Shown here one piece after another: positions 1 through 10,217 of a DNA stretch of 64,000 bases. How positions within the stretch are numbered: the stretch's first letter is position 1; the number at the start of each line of letters is the position of its first letter. Below the pieces are notes generated by a model. The model did not search any database, had not been told where the DNA came from, and saw only the letters and a program-made list of their open reading frames with translations. A program made the translations under genes and the position numbers. The DNA is from an uncultured Actinomycetes bacterium (GTDB lineage Bacteria > Actinomycetota > Acidimicrobiia > IMCC26256 > PALSA-610): contig CAWFFF010000005.1 of the NCBI GenBank assembly GCA_963814995.1, positions 320,719 through 384,718 of the forward strand, given 5' to 3'.

Positions 1-354
1 GACCTCCTCGTCGTCGATCGCGTGAACGCCGACGAGACCCGCTCGGTCCGCAGCCTGTCGGGCGGCGAGACGTTCCAGGCGTCGCTCGCCCTCGCGCTGG
101 CGCTCGCCGACCGCATCGCCGACCTCGCCGCCGACGGCGCGGCGACCTTGGAGTCGATCTTCCTCGACGAGGGCTTCGGCACCCTCGACCCCGAGACCCT
201 CGACGTCGTCGCCGGCACCATCGAGTCGCTCGGCGGTGGCGAGCGTGTGGTGGGGATCGTCACCCACGTCCCGGCCCTCGCCGACCGCATGCCCGTGCGA
301 TTCCGGGTCCGCAAGGTCGGGCGCACATCCACCGTGACGCGCGAGGAGACCTGA
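1..354 (+). CDS. sbcC: SbcC/Rad50-family DNA repair ATPase, C-terminal fragment (5' end outside the window)
   Basis: Frame is open from base 1. ABC signature LSGGETFQASLALALALAD, D-loop FLDEGFGTLD, H-loop-like VGIVTHV. TGA at 352-354. Confidence 0.8.
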   Translation, partial: DLLVVDRVNADETRSVRSLSGGETFQASLALALALADRIADLAADGAATLESIFLDEGFGTLDPETLDVVAGTIESLGGGERVVGIVTHVPALADRMPVRFRVRKVGRTSTVTREET

Positions 355-355
355 C

Positions 356-1346
356 GTGCGGTTCACCGTCGACCCCTGGGATCCCGGATACGGCGCGTCC
401 GTGCAGAGCGAACTGGCCGAGAGCACGTCCGTCCCGACCACCGACGTCGAGTGCGCCGACGACGAGTGGCGACCCCTGTCACCCGCGGGCCGGGCGCTCC
501 CGGTCGGCACGACACTGTTCGTCGACGGCGTCCGGCGCGTCGAGGCGCGCGGCATGGATCGAAGGCGGCATCGAGCCGGTGCCGGGACTGTTCGCGTCGT
601 GGGCCGCAGGCGTCGTCCGCTGCGACGACGCGGCCCGGGTCGACGCGGTCGAGGTGGCCCGCGGCGTGTTCGCCCCGTCCGCCGACCTCGACGACATCGC
701 CACCTCGTGCGGCCGCTTCGTCGCGAGCCCCACCACCAACGCCCGCCCCGAGACGCTCAACACCGCGATCAACACCCGCATGACCGAGGTGGAGGCGCGC
801 GTCGCGGAGCGCACCCGCCGGTCCGGTTCGGAGCTCATCGTCCTCGACGGGCCACTGCGCGAATCGACCAAGGAACTCCGCGACGCCGTGGGCGTCGTGA
901 AGTCGCACGACGTCAAGTATCTGCCCACCGCGCTCGACCGAGTCGTCGGCGAGCTGGGCGCGGGCGAGCGCACGCCCGTGTTCGCCCTCGACGCCCGCTT
1001 CCGCAAGTTCTCGTGGTACCTGCGGTTGCCGGGTCCGGACGGCGGCCCGTGGGCGGGCATCGTCCGCTGCGAAGCGAGCGCGGCCCTGCGCGGCGACGAC
1101 GTGATCGCGCTGGCCGACCGGGTTGCGGCGACGCTTCCCCGGTTCGCGTCCGCACCGCACAAGGACCCACGCGCGCCGCAGAACCTGTATCCGATCGGCG
1201 GACTCGAACGTCACCTCCGCCACCGGCTCGGCGACGCCGCCGTCGTCTACCGCGCGCTCCGCCGGGCGAGCGCAGTCACGGTGTCGGTCTCGTCGGCGCC
1301 CGGCGGCGCTTCCCGAGTGGTGACTGCCGACGAGCCCCGTATCTGA
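356..1346 (+). pseudogene. NurA-like nuclease-domain protein; reading frame switches near 548-575
   Basis: GTG at 356 lies 4 nt after the sbcC stop, with GAGGAG upstream. The N-terminal 65 aa (MRFTVDPWDPGYG...FVDGVRRVEAR) look protein-like, then that frame turns into Arg-rich nonsense that runs through the tRNA. The credible sequence continues in the 579..1346 frame (WIEGGIEPVPGLFASW...LIVLDGPL...FSWYLRLP...IVRCE). The NurA assignment is by motif resemblance only. Confidence 0.45.
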
Positions 1347-1435
1347 CGACTACCCCCTCGGGACGGCCCCGAAGGTCCGGACCGAGAGGCACATGCAGCC
1401 GAAGCGCGCGGCGGCGGGAAACTCCGTGGAGAAGA

Positions 1436-1511
1436 TGGAGGCGGCGGCGGGAATCGAACCCGCGTACTCGGTTTTGCAGACCGATGCCTGAAGCCACTCG
1501 GCTACGCCGCC
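1436..1511 (-). tRNA. tRNA-Cys (anticodon GCA), CCA encoded
   Basis: Reverse complement reads GGCGGCGTAGCCGAGTGGCTTCAGGCATCGGTCTGCAAAACCGAGTACGCGGGTTCGATTCCCGCCGCCGCCTCCA. It has a 7-bp acceptor stem, a T-arm GCGGG/TTCGATT/CCCGC, anticodon loop CTGCAAA and discriminator U. Confidence 0.9.
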
Positions 1512-1598
1512 GTGCGCACTCGCAGTTCGCCGGACGCGCACCGGTCAGCGTAGTCGCCTGCCAACCGTCGGCCCCGTGACCGCGCCGCCGAATCCGCG

Positions 1599-2417
1599 TC
1601 AGGACCAGTGACCGAGCGCTCCGCCGATCAGCGCACCGAGCGTCCACCACAGCGCGGTCGGGACCCGACGGGCCGCGGCGACGAGTCCGGCCAGCGTCAT
1701 CACGCCGACGAGCACGAGCGCGATCGTCGCGGTGAGGCGCTCGAACGCGACCACCGCGATCGTCGACGCGAGCGCGGCCAGGAACAGACCGAAGAGCGTC
1801 ACGAGCACGGCACTCTGGCTCACGCTCCATCCGGGTGCGGCCGATTGCGCGCCCGCCGGGAGGAACTCGGTCGGCCTCGGCCGGGCGGCCTCCCAGGCTC
1901 CGGCCGTCGGAGCCACGGCCGTCGGGGGCGCCACGGCCGTCGGGGGCGCCACGGCCGTCGGAGCCTCCACGACCGGCGGCACCGCGACCGGGGCAGGACC
2001 GGTCAGCGGCGCACGCGCCGCCGGAGTGGGGCGCGGCGCCGGAGTGGGCCGCGGCGCCGGCGGGGCGTGCGGCGAGAAGAGCGGCGCCGGAGGTGCGGGT
2101 GTGCCCGGAGTGCGGGCCGGCGGCCGCGGCGGCACGAACACGCGCCGGGGCTGGGCCAGGAGTCCTCGTGCCCGGAACACCGAGTCGCGGTGCCGCGCGA
2201 GCCGCGCCAACACCTGTTCGGGCGACTCCTCCACCCTTCCCCTATCGTCCGAAGATCCTCCCGCGCCACCCTGAACGTTAGTCGTGCACTGCCCCGCGGC
2301 CCGTGACGCGAGGGCGGTTCCGGGGCCGCACCCGGGCTCCGATCGGGCATCGATCGGAGCCGGCGCGAACGCCCGAGCAGGACGGAGGAGCGCGTCCCTC
2401 GTGATGGCGATCGACAC
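1599..2417 (-). CDS. Pro/Ala-rich membrane protein (hypothetical)
   Basis: C-terminal half has 3 clear hydrophobic helices (VLVTLFGLFLAALASTIAVVAF, ATIALVLVGVMTLAGLVAAA, ALWWTLGALIGGALG). The central region carries an APPTAV repeat encoded by an 18-bp tandem repeat at 1912-1965. The start is uncertain; an alternative GTG lies at 2234. Confidence 0.5.
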   Translation of the reverse strand: MSIAITRDALLRPARAFAPAPIDARSEPGCGPGTALASRAAGQCTTNVQGGAGGSSDDRGRVEESPEQVLARLARHRDSVFRARGLLAQPRRVFVPPRPPARTPGTPAPPAPLFSPHAPPAPRPTPAPRPTPAARAPLTGPAPVAVPPVVEAPTAVAPPTAVAPPTAVAPTAGAWEAARPRPTEFLPAGAQSAAPGWSVSQSAVLVTLFGLFLAALASTIAVVAFERLTATIALVLVGVMTLAGLVAAARRVPTALWWTLGALIGGALGHWS

Positions 2418-2844
2418 AAGTCGGCGAAGAACCGGACCTTGGGGTCGAGTGCCGGTATTCTCCCGTCAGATATCACGTTGCGTGGTCACGACAGGGAGCC
2501 GTAATCCCGGGTCTCGGAACGCTTGCGGTGAACCCGTATCGCGCGGCGAAGTGACGCAGGGGACACACCCGCGTCGGATACGGGTCGGGGATGCGCGACA
2601 ATGGGAGAACCCGCCAGGGAGGCCGGGGAGAAGGATGCAAACGGCGTGAAAACTCCGTGTTACATCCGCCACTTTGCCTTGCTGACGCGTGGTTGTCGGA
2701 CTACGTTGGGTGTAGTACTTCTCAGGTTGGGTGGAGCCGACGATCTGGGCCGGAGACGATAGGAATTCTTCCTGTCGGTGGTCGTCGAAAGGGGACGTGC
2801 GCGCATGGATGCTGCTGGTTCGGCGTGGATGACGCCTGACCCGA

Positions 2845-4323
2845 ATGCGGTGGCGCGAGAGGAGGCGGCGCGACCCGGTGAGGTCCCCGCACGCGTCGCG
2901 CACACCGCGCGCCAGCAACGCGCCGCGGGCGCGTGGTTCGCGTGGTGCGAAGATCGCCGTGATCAGCACCGACGCCGCCGCGATCGTCGCGTCGATGAGT
3001 GTGGCCGCGTGGCTGCGCCAAGCAACGGTGGGCGGCCCGCCCGAGGCACTGGGTCCGATCGTCCTCACGGGCGCTCTCGCGGTCCCGATCTGGCTCTGCG
3101 TGTTCGCGCGCTACAAGCTCTACACGGCCGCCGCGGTCACGAGCGTCACCGCCGAGATCCGTCGTCTCCTGCATGCCGTCGCGGCCGCGGTCGCCTGCAC
3201 CGCGATCCTGAGCCTGTTCCTCGGCACCGAAACGTCGAGGGTCTGGTTGTTGCTGAGCTTCGGGACCGCACTCCCAACGCTCATCGTCGAGCGCGCCGTC
3301 GTGCGCCGCGCGTTCCGCCGCGCTCGTACCCGCGGTCAGCTGCAGCGCCGGGTCGTGATCATCGGCACGAACGCCGAGGCGCTCGGCATCGTGCAGATGC
3401 TGAGCTCCAACACCGGCCTCGGCTACCAGGTGCTCGGGCTCCTCGAGTGCGGCGATCCAACCCCCGGCATCTCACCGGTACGTGTGCTCGGCTCGTGGAG
3501 CGACGCGCCCGCGATCGTGCAGTCGCTCGGTGCCACGGGCGTGATCATCGCCACCAGCGCGATCGACACGCCGGTCGCGAACCGGCTCGCGCGTGAGCTG
3601 ATCGAGATCGGCTGCCACGTCGAGCTCACGTCCGGTCTCGTCGACATCTCGGCCGACCGCCTGCTGGCGCGGCCGCTCGGCCGCCGGGCCGTCATGTACA
3701 TCGAACCGGTTCGTCGCCTCGGCTGGCGTGCCGTCGCGAAGCGGACGTTCGACATCATCATCGCCACGGGCCTGCTCGTGGTCGCGTCGCCGATCCTCGC
3801 GGTCGCCGCGCTTCTCATCAAGCTCGACTCCAACGGGCCCGTGTTCTTCTCGCAGGTCCGCGTGGGCAAGGACGGCAAGCTCTTCCGGGTCCGCAAGCTC
3901 CGCACCATGGTCGACGACGCCGAGCAGCAGCTCGAGCTCCTGCGCGACCGCAGCGACATCGACGGGCCCCTGTTCAAGATGCGAGACGACCCCCGCGTCA
4001 CCCGGGTGGGCGGCGTGTTGCGCAAGGCGTCGATCGACGAGCTGCCGCAGTTGCTGAACGTCCTCGTGGGCGAGATGAGCATCGTCGGGCCCCGGCCCGC
4101 GCTGCCGAGCGAGGCCCTCGAGTGGACCGACGACCTCCGCAGCCGGCTTCGGGTCAAGCCCGGGATCACCGGGATGTGGCAGGTCAACGGACGCAGCACG
4201 GCCTCCTTCGACGACTACGTGCGCCACGATCTGTACTACGTCGACAACTGGTCGCTGCTCACCGACCTCGCGATCCTCGCCAAGACGGTCCCGGTCGTGC
4301 TGTTCCGCAAGGGCGCGTACTGA
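2845..4323 (+). CDS. Polyprenyl-phosphate glycosyl-1-phosphate transferase (WbaP/EpsL-type bacterial sugar transferase), priming enzyme
   Basis: N-terminal TM helices and a central Rossmann-like region (VVIIGTNAEA). C-terminal bacterial sugar transferase motifs are KRTFDIIIA, PVFFSQVRVGKDGKLFRVRKLRTM, PLFKMRDDPRVTRVG, IDELPQLLNVLVGEMSIVGPRP and GITGMWQVNGRS. The exact start is uncertain. Confidence 0.9.
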   Translation: MRWRERRRRDPVRSPHASRTPRASNAPRARGSRGAKIAVISTDAAAIVASMSVAAWLRQATVGGPPEALGPIVLTGALAVPIWLCVFARYKLYTAAAVTSVTAEIRRLLHAVAAAVACTAILSLFLGTETSRVWLLLSFGTALPTLIVERAVVRRAFRRARTRGQLQRRVVIIGTNAEALGIVQMLSSNTGLGYQVLGLLECGDPTPGISPVRVLGSWSDAPAIVQSLGATGVIIATSAIDTPVANRLARELIEIGCHVELTSGLVDISADRLLARPLGRRAVMYIEPVRRLGWRAVAKRTFDIIIATGLLVVASPILAVAALLIKLDSNGPVFFSQVRVGKDGKLFRVRKLRTMVDDAEQQLELLRDRSDIDGPLFKMRDDPRVTRVGGVLRKASIDELPQLLNVLVGEMSIVGPRPALPSEALEWTDDLRSRLRVKPGITGMWQVNGRSTASFDDYVRHDLYYVDNWSLLTDLAILAKTVPVVLFRKGAY

Positions 4324-4335
4324 GCCACTGACGCC

Positions 4336-4359
4336 CGCCCGCCGCCGGGTCGGCGGGCG
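4336..4359. terminator. GC-rich hairpin between convergent genes (possible bidirectional terminator)
   Basis: CGCCCGCCG (4336-4344) pairs with CGGCGGGCG (4351-4359): a 9-bp perfect stem and a 6-nt loop. It lies between the stop codons at 4323 and 4369. No T-tract. Confidence 0.45.
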
Positions 4360-4368
4360 CAACGGCAC

Positions 4369-5560
4369 TCAGGGCTTGCGAGACCGGGCCACGGCAATGG
4401 CCTCGCGAAGCGAAGCGCCACGCGTCGCCCAGTCGAACTCGTGCTCGCAGCGCGCGTAGGCGTCGTTCTGCAGCGTGTTCAACATCTCGACGTCGTCGAG
4501 CACCTCGAGCGCACCGTCGACGAGCGCGTCGATGCCGGCGTACTCGAGCAGCCCGACGCCGTGCGCGAGCGGCAGCCCCGTGACCGAGCCCGCCTGTACG
4601 AGCATGGGCACCCGATGGAACACGTAGTCGAGCGTCTTCAGCTTGAAACCGCCGCCGTGGGGCTCCGACACCGAGCGCGCAGCGGGCGTCCGCGAACGTG
4701 GCGGCGAAGGAGTCGACCCGTCCGAGCATCCGCGTCGCAACCGTGCCCCGCAGCACCTCGGCCTCGAACTCGGGCGGAGCCGCGCCGATGACGACGAGCT
4801 CCGCGCCCGCGGCCGCGAACCGTGCGTCGGCGGCGCGGACGAGCGCCAAGAGATCGAACTGCTTCACGCGCCACATCAGACTGCCCGCGACGACGACGCG
4901 CCGCGGGACGGCCGTGGTGATCTCGCGGTGCGAGAGGCGCGTGCCGTCGTAGCCCGGCGGTAGCACGACGGTGTCGAGCCCGGGCCGACGCACCCGGAAC
5001 GCGGCCGCGTCGTCTTCGGTGATCGCGCTGACGAGATCGGCGCGTTGCAGGATGCGATCCTCGAGCGCCGCGACCTTGCGGGCGTCGAGCTCGAGCACGA
5101 GTCGTGCGGCCGGGTTCTTCGACGTGCCGAGCGCGATCCGGCTGCGAACACTGCGCTCGTCGTTCTGACTCGAGTGCACGAGCACCCGCGACGGATCGCG
5201 CTGCTCGGCCAGGATGCCCATCGCCCAGCCCGACTGCACGTGGTCGACCACGACCGCGTCCCAGCGGTGCGAGAGCTCGTCGGTCACGACGCGGCGGAAC
5301 TCGGGCGAACCCGCGGTGTACGACATCGCGGGAAGGCGCGATACCAGGCTCCCGAGCCGGTTTCGGTTGGCGGTCCCGGCCGGGCGCCAGATCACCGGAT
5401 GCTCGGCCACCGACGCGCGCTCCGGCGCCTTCGTCCCGAGGTGCGCGACGGTGACGTCGACGCCGGCTGCGGCGAGCGCCTCGATCGACGACAAGCTGTA
5501 CGTGAGCTGGCCGTCGGCGGGACGGCTCGGATCGGCGCTCAGGATCCACAGGACGCGCAT
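4369..5560 (-). pseudogene. Glycosyltransferase, GT-B fold (GT4-like), frame broken near 4669-4682
   Basis: The N-terminal 290 aa are in the 4259..5560 frame (MRVLWILSADPS...VVAGSLMWRVKQFDLL...FADAR). The C-terminal part is in the 4369..4740 frame (SEPHGGGFKLKTLDYVFHRVPMLVQAGS...). The two join cleanly with a 1-nt shift. Confidence 0.7.
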
Positions 5561-5610
5561 CGACCACTCTCCATCGGCGCCGCGCGGCGGCGCCGTTCCG
5601 CCTCGGCGAA

Positions 5611-6534
5611 CTAGCTGCTTTCGGGGGCGAACAGGAGCACGCCCTCGCTGAGCTTCGTCGCGCCCTCGTAGGGAGCGACCTCGTCGTCGGCGAACCGCTC
5701 CCCCGTCGCGAGACTCGAGAAGTCGCGCAGCGAAGTGCCGGTCGACGACGAGTCGACGTTGCGTGCGCCGCGGCCGGCAAGCACATCGGCTCGGCCGACC
5801 GTGCGGAAGTCGATACTGAAGCGGGCGAGCCCCGACGTGTTCGGCACCGTCGCGTGCAGCTGTGCGCCCGAGAACGCGAGCATGCCGGCCCGCTCCGGGA
5901 TGTAGCGCTCCTCGTCGTCGAGGTCGAGCGGCTCTTCCGGCTTGGGCTGGCGGCGCGTGTCAGACGAGACGTGCTTCGCCGCGTCCTTGCGCCCGACCGC
6001 GTTCCACTCGTAGTAGTCGAACTCGGCCGAGCCGTTACGGACCGGTCGGTCGAAGTACCGGTGGAAGAACGACATGCTCGCTTCGCTGACGAGATCGTGC
6101 AGCGGGAGCCACCAGTTGATCTGCGAGTGCGGCGCCGAGTACCAGGTGTCGCGGTGCGGGTGATGCGCGTACCCGACGCCGGACGTGAGGTAGCCGTCGC
6201 TCGTCACGCCGCGCAGGCGCGGTACGTCGAGGTAGGTGTTGTCGGGATCGCAGCCGAGCTCGGCGCAGACGCCCTCCATGATCCCGCGGGTGCGAGCGTG
6301 GTGGATGAACAGCGGCTTCACCGGCGCGAAGCGCGCAACCCACTCCTCCACCGGCATGTGGAACTGGGCCTCACGCGGCGCGTACGGCGCGAAGGCGTCC
6401 GTGATCAACTCCATCGCGAAGTCGACGAGCGCGTTGCTCGACGGTGTCGCGCGGTACATGAAGATGTCGCCGCCGTACAGGCGATCGAGCCGGTCCTGGT
6501 CGGGCAACCTGGCTTCGAAATAGACCGCTGTCAC
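5611..6534 (-). CDS. Hypothetical protein, possible non-haem Fe(II)/2-oxoglutarate-type oxygenase
   Basis: Clean ORF. A candidate HxD...H triad is HHPHRD ... GAQLHATVPN. The GTG at 6534 is preceded by GGTGGCGAA. The ORF-track start at 6591 would overlap the upstream gene. Confidence 0.6.
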   Translation of the reverse strand: MTAVYFEARLPDQDRLDRLYGGDIFMYRATPSSNALVDFAMELITDAFAPYAPREAQFHMPVEEWVARFAPVKPLFIHHARTRGIMEGVCAELGCDPDNTYLDVPRLRGVTSDGYLTSGVGYAHHPHRDTWYSAPHSQINWWLPLHDLVSEASMSFFHRYFDRPVRNGSAEFDYYEWNAVGRKDAAKHVSSDTRRQPKPEEPLDLDDEERYIPERAGMLAFSGAQLHATVPNTSGLARFSIDFRTVGRADVLAGRGARNVDSSSTGTSLRDFSSLATGERFADDEVAPYEGATKLSEGVLLFAPESS

Positions 6535-6568
6535 TTCGCCACCTCTTCGAATCGGTATGTCTTCTTCG

Positions 6569-7768
6569 TCACACGACCACGACCTCGGCATCGACGCCGT
6601 CGGCGCTCAACATTCCGGCGATCTCGTCGCGGTACATCGGGTTCAGGACGAACACGATCTCCGGCGCCCACGACCCGAGCGACGACGGAGCCTCGATCTC
6701 GACCCCCGAGCCGGGCACGAACGAGCCGAGCTTGCGAGGATTGATGTCGACGACCGCATCGATACGACGGTCGAGCAGCGCCATGAAGGTCACGGCCTTG
6801 GCGCCCGCACCCCACAGGGCGGTCCGCCGGTCCCGAGACCCGGCCGCGTCGATACGGGCGCGCGCCGCGTCGAGCGTGCGGTCGAGCGTCGCCGCCGCAC
6901 GTCGCGCCTCGTCGACGAACGCGGCGATCTCGCCGGCAGCGACCGGGGCGCCGGCAGCGGCGGCCGCGCGCGCCTCGACCGAGAGGTACTGACCACCGAA
7001 ACGGTGATCGACCCGGTCGACGGCGTATCCGGCCCGACCGAGCAGCCCGACGAGTGCCGGCGCGGAGAAATACGACACGTGCGGGTAGATGAGGTCGAAG
7101 CTGGCGTCGCCGCCGAACACGGCTTCTCCGGCGGGCACCTCGAGGTACAGCGTCGCATCGTGGTCCGCGACCGCGGGGCGCAGGTGGCGAAGGAAGGTGA
7201 GCGGCTCGGGAATGTGCTCGAGTACGTGACGAGCGCAGTACAGGTCGCCGCGAACGGTCGCCGTCGTCGGGTCGAACAGTTCCGTGACGATCTCCACCGT
7301 CGCGGGCAGATCGAGGTCGCCCCGGAAGCTCGGGTCGAAGCCGTAGCCGCGGTTCTCCCCGCCCGCGCAGAGCGCCGCGAGAAAGCTGCCCTGCCCGCAG
7401 CCCACCTCGACGATGGTGCGGCCGTGGAGATCGTGGCGCTCGGTGAGGTCGTCGGCAAGCGCGCCGAGGTACTCGCGAAAGCTCGGAGAGAAGTCGAGCG
7501 CGTTCTCGTACGCGGCGTCGTAGGTGAGGATCGACGCGTCGAACGCCTGGTTGCACACGTCGCCGCACGTCGGGCACAGCACGAGCCGAAACGGTCCGGT
7601 CGCGGCGGCAACGGCCTCGGCCGCCGTGTGGTGCAGCTCGGAGCAGTTGACCGGCACGGCCGCGAACTCGAGCAGGATCTCGCCCGCGTCCGAGCCGCAG
7701 ACACGGCACGGGGCGATCGACGGCTCGGACCCGACCGGTCCGGGACGGGTCGACGACACCGGGCTCAA
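6569..7768 (-). CDS. SAM-dependent C-methyltransferase (NDP-hexose C-methyltransferase-like), paralog 1
   Basis: N-terminal 4-Cys zinc-ribbon (CRVCGS...CPTCGDV), SAM motif I VEVGCGQGSFL and a C-terminal Rossmann-like domain (LWGAGAKAVTF...VVDINPRKLGSFVPGSG). Confidence 0.8.
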   Translation of the reverse strand: MSPVSSTRPGPVGSEPSIAPCRVCGSDAGEILLEFAAVPVNCSELHHTAAEAVAAATGPFRLVLCPTCGDVCNQAFDASILTYDAAYENALDFSPSFREYLGALADDLTERHDLHGRTIVEVGCGQGSFLAALCAGGENRGYGFDPSFRGDLDLPATVEIVTELFDPTTATVRGDLYCARHVLEHIPEPLTFLRHLRPAVADHDATLYLEVPAGEAVFGGDASFDLIYPHVSYFSAPALVGLLGRAGYAVDRVDHRFGGQYLSVEARAAAAAGAPVAAGEIAAFVDEARRAAATLDRTLDAARARIDAAGSRDRRTALWGAGAKAVTFMALLDRRIDAVVDINPRKLGSFVPGSGVEIEAPSSLGSWAPEIVFVLNPMYRDEIAGMLSADGVDAEVVVV

Positions 7769-7781
7769 CGCGGTCTCCGGC

Positions 7782-8976
7782 TCATACTCCGACGAGATTC
7801 GCCTCGACGCCGATGCGGTCGAGCTCGGCCTGGATCTCGGCGAGGTAGATGGGATTCATCGCGACCACGAGATCGGGGTCGTACTCGGCCAAGAAGTCCG
7901 GGCCGACCACTTCCTGCCCGGTGCCGGCCATGAACATCCCCTGCTTGTAGGGATTGATGTCGACCGCGTAGCCGATCTCGTCCTGGAGGCCGAGCGTCGT
8001 GAGATACGACACGCCCTTCGAACCCGCGCCCCAGATCACCGCGCGCTTGCCGTCGGCCGCGGACGCGCGCAGGTCGCCCCGCAACTTCTCCACCACGATC
8101 GGGTACTGCTTCTCGAAATGGTCGACCGCGGCCTCGAGCCGGGCGATGTCGTCCTCGCCGGGCCGCGTCGGGTTGGTGCCCGTTCCGGGGACGGAGTCGA
8201 GCAGCAGGTACTGGTCGTCGAACTCGGTCGCGAGCGCGGTGATGTCGAAACCGTTACGCCGGAAGAGGCGCGCCATGGAGCCGAGACTGAAGTAGCTGCA
8301 GTGCTCGTAGTAGATGTCCCAGAACGCCACCTCCTCGAGGACGCGCGGCGACATCCGGGAGCTCGAACAGCACGACGGTGTCGGGGTTCCGGATCGTCCG
8401 TTTGATCATGCCGACGAACTCGTCGACGGGCGAGATGTGCTCGAGCGTGTGCCGGCAGACGATCGCGTCCGCGTGGAGGTCGGCGTACTTCTCGCCGTAG
8501 AAGTCGGCGATCCAGTTGATGCGGTCGCCCCGCGGGTCGTCCATGCGGTCAGCCCGGAAGCTGGGGTCGATGCCGATGCCGGAACCGGCGCCCGCCTTCA
8601 GCATCTCGAGGAGGAACTCGCCCTTGCCGCACCCGATCTCCAGCACCGACTTGCCCTGCAGGTGGTGCTGCGTGACCCACTGGGTGGCAAGCTCCTGCGC
8701 GAAGTCGCGGAACCTTGGCGAGAAGCCCTGCGTCTCCTCATAGCGCGCCGAGTACTCCGACTGCCCGATGTCGAACGCCGTGTTGAACACGAACCCGCAC
8801 GACCGGCAGAACGCGAGCACGAGGTCGCCGCGCGGGAAGGCCCGGGCGTCGTCGGCATCGTCCAGCAACAGGCAGCTGTTGACCGGGATGCTCAGCTTTT
8901 CGTGGAAGATCCGCAGATCCGCGCTCGTGCAGGCCGGACACTGCTGCAAATGCGTCGAGCTGGTTGTCGGCGTCAT
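7782..8976 (-). pseudogene. SAM-dependent C-methyltransferase, paralog 2, frame broken near 8344-8352
   Basis: The N-terminal part ([18 protein letters not shown]...CRSCGFV...LEIGCGKGEFL...VLFELPDV) is in the 8254..10062 frame. The C-terminal part (RVLEEVAFWDIYYEHCSYFS...IWGAGSKGVSY...AVDINPYKQGMFMAGTG) is in the 7782..8354 frame. ATGA start/stop overlap with the upstream gene at 8973-8976. Confidence 0.75.
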
Positions 8977-10217
8977 CGATTCGGTCCTGTCACGATCATG
9001 GGCTCCGGTACCGGCACGATGAACTGGCCGCCGAGCGCGGTGTACTTCTGCTGCTGGGCCATGATCTCGTCCTTGAAGTTCCACGCGAGCAGCAGCACGT
9101 AGTCGGGCCGTCGGTCGACCAGCGCGGACGGGTCGAGGATCGGCTGGTGCGTGCCCGGCATCAGCAGGCCCTGCTTGTGCACGTTGCGGTCGACGACGAA
9201 GTCGACGAGGTCGGTGCCGAGGCCGACGGTGTTGACGAGCGTCGAGCCCTTGGCCGCGGCGCCGTAGGCAGCGATCGTCTTGCCGTCGCGCTTGAGCCCT
9301 TCCAGCAGCGCGTGCAACGACGTGCGCACGTGCTCGACCCGCTTGGCGAAGCCCTCGTAGTACGCGAGCGACGTGAGCCCCGACGCTTCCTCGGACTCGA
9401 GGAAGGCGGTCGCGGCCGCACTGCGCTGCGTGCCCCGGCTCAAGTGCCAGCGCAACGTCCCGCCGTGCAGTCGCGGAAAGTTCTCCACGTGGTTCAGCGT
9501 GAGGCCGTGGCGCGCCGCGAGGCGGTCGATCGCCGTGCACGAGTGGTAACAGAGGTGCTCGTGGTAGATCGTGTCGAACTCGACGTGGTCGATGAGATCG
9601 CGCACGTAGGGGTTCTCGATGACGACCACACCGTCGTCGGCCAGGAGGGTCGCGACGCCGGCCAGCACGTCGTTGAGTCCGGGCACGTGCGCCATGACGT
9701 TGTTGGCGACGATCACGTCGGCGCGCTTGCCCTCGGCGACCAGCTCGGCCGCGAGCTCGGAACCGAAGAACCGGGCGAGCGTGGGCACACCGGCCGCGTT
9801 GGCGGCTGCGGCCTGGTCGGGTGCGGGGTCGACGCCGAGCACCGGCACGCCGAACTCGGCGAAGTTCTTCAGGAGGTAGCCGTCGTTGCTCGCGATCTCG
9901 ACGACGAGGCTCGACGGGCCGAGCTGGCGCTCGGCGATGAGCCGCAGCACGTTCTCCCGGCTGTGGCGCAGCAACTCGTCGGAGAACGACGAGAAGTAGA
10001 GGTAGTTGTCGACGAACATCTTGTCGGCCGGGACCTCTTCGAGCAGCTGCACGAGCGAGCACTCGGCACAGAACGCGACGTCGAGCGGAAACCGCTCCTC
10101 GAGCTTGAAATCGAAGCCGGGCTTCACCAGCGCGTCGGCCAGCGGCGTCTTGCCGAGCGACAGGAACGGGTGCAGGTCACCCGAACCGCACGACCGGCAT
10201 TGGGCGACGTCGCTCAT
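8973..10217 (-). CDS. SAM-dependent C-methyltransferase (TylC3-type NDP-hexose C-methyltransferase-like), paralog 3
   Basis: The ATG at 10217 is preceded by GGAAGGA. Motifs are CRSCGS...CAECSLVQL (zinc ribbon), [22 protein letters not shown] and [11 protein letters not shown]...[20 protein letters not shown] overlap with the upstream gene. Confidence 0.85.
   Translation of the reverse strand: MSDVAQCRSCGSGDLHPFLSLGKTPLADALVKPGFDFKLEERFPLDVAFCAECSLVQLLEEVPADKMFVDNYLYFSSFSDELLRHSRENVLRLIAERQLGPSSLVVEIASNDGYLLKNFAEFGVPVLGVDPAPDQAAAANAAGVPTLARFFGSELAAELVAEGKRADVIVANNVMAHVPGLNDVLAGVATLLADDGVVVIENPYVRDLIDHVEFDTIYHEHLCYHSCTAIDRLAARHGLTLNHVENFPRLHGGTLRWHLSRGTQRSAAATAFLESEEASGLTSLAYYEGFAKRVEHVRTSLHALLEGLKRDGKTIAAYGAAAKGSTLVNTVGLGTDLVDFVVDRNVHKQGLLMPGTHQPILDPSALVDRRPDYVLLLAWNFKDEIMAQQQKYTALGGQFIVPVPEPMIVTGPNR

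Noticed and set aside
356-1579. 407-aa ORF running from the sbcC stop through the tRNA-Cys gene
   Set aside because: Only its first 65 aa or so look real. The rest is Arg-rich nonsense overlapping a tRNA on the other strand. I interpret it as the N-terminal piece of the frame-shifted NurA-like gene.
1436-2800. tRNA-Cys as the integration site of a genomic island carrying the glycan locus
   Set aside because: There is no integrase next to the tRNA. I found no direct repeat of the tRNA 3' end further along, and the composition of the locus looks the same as the flanks.
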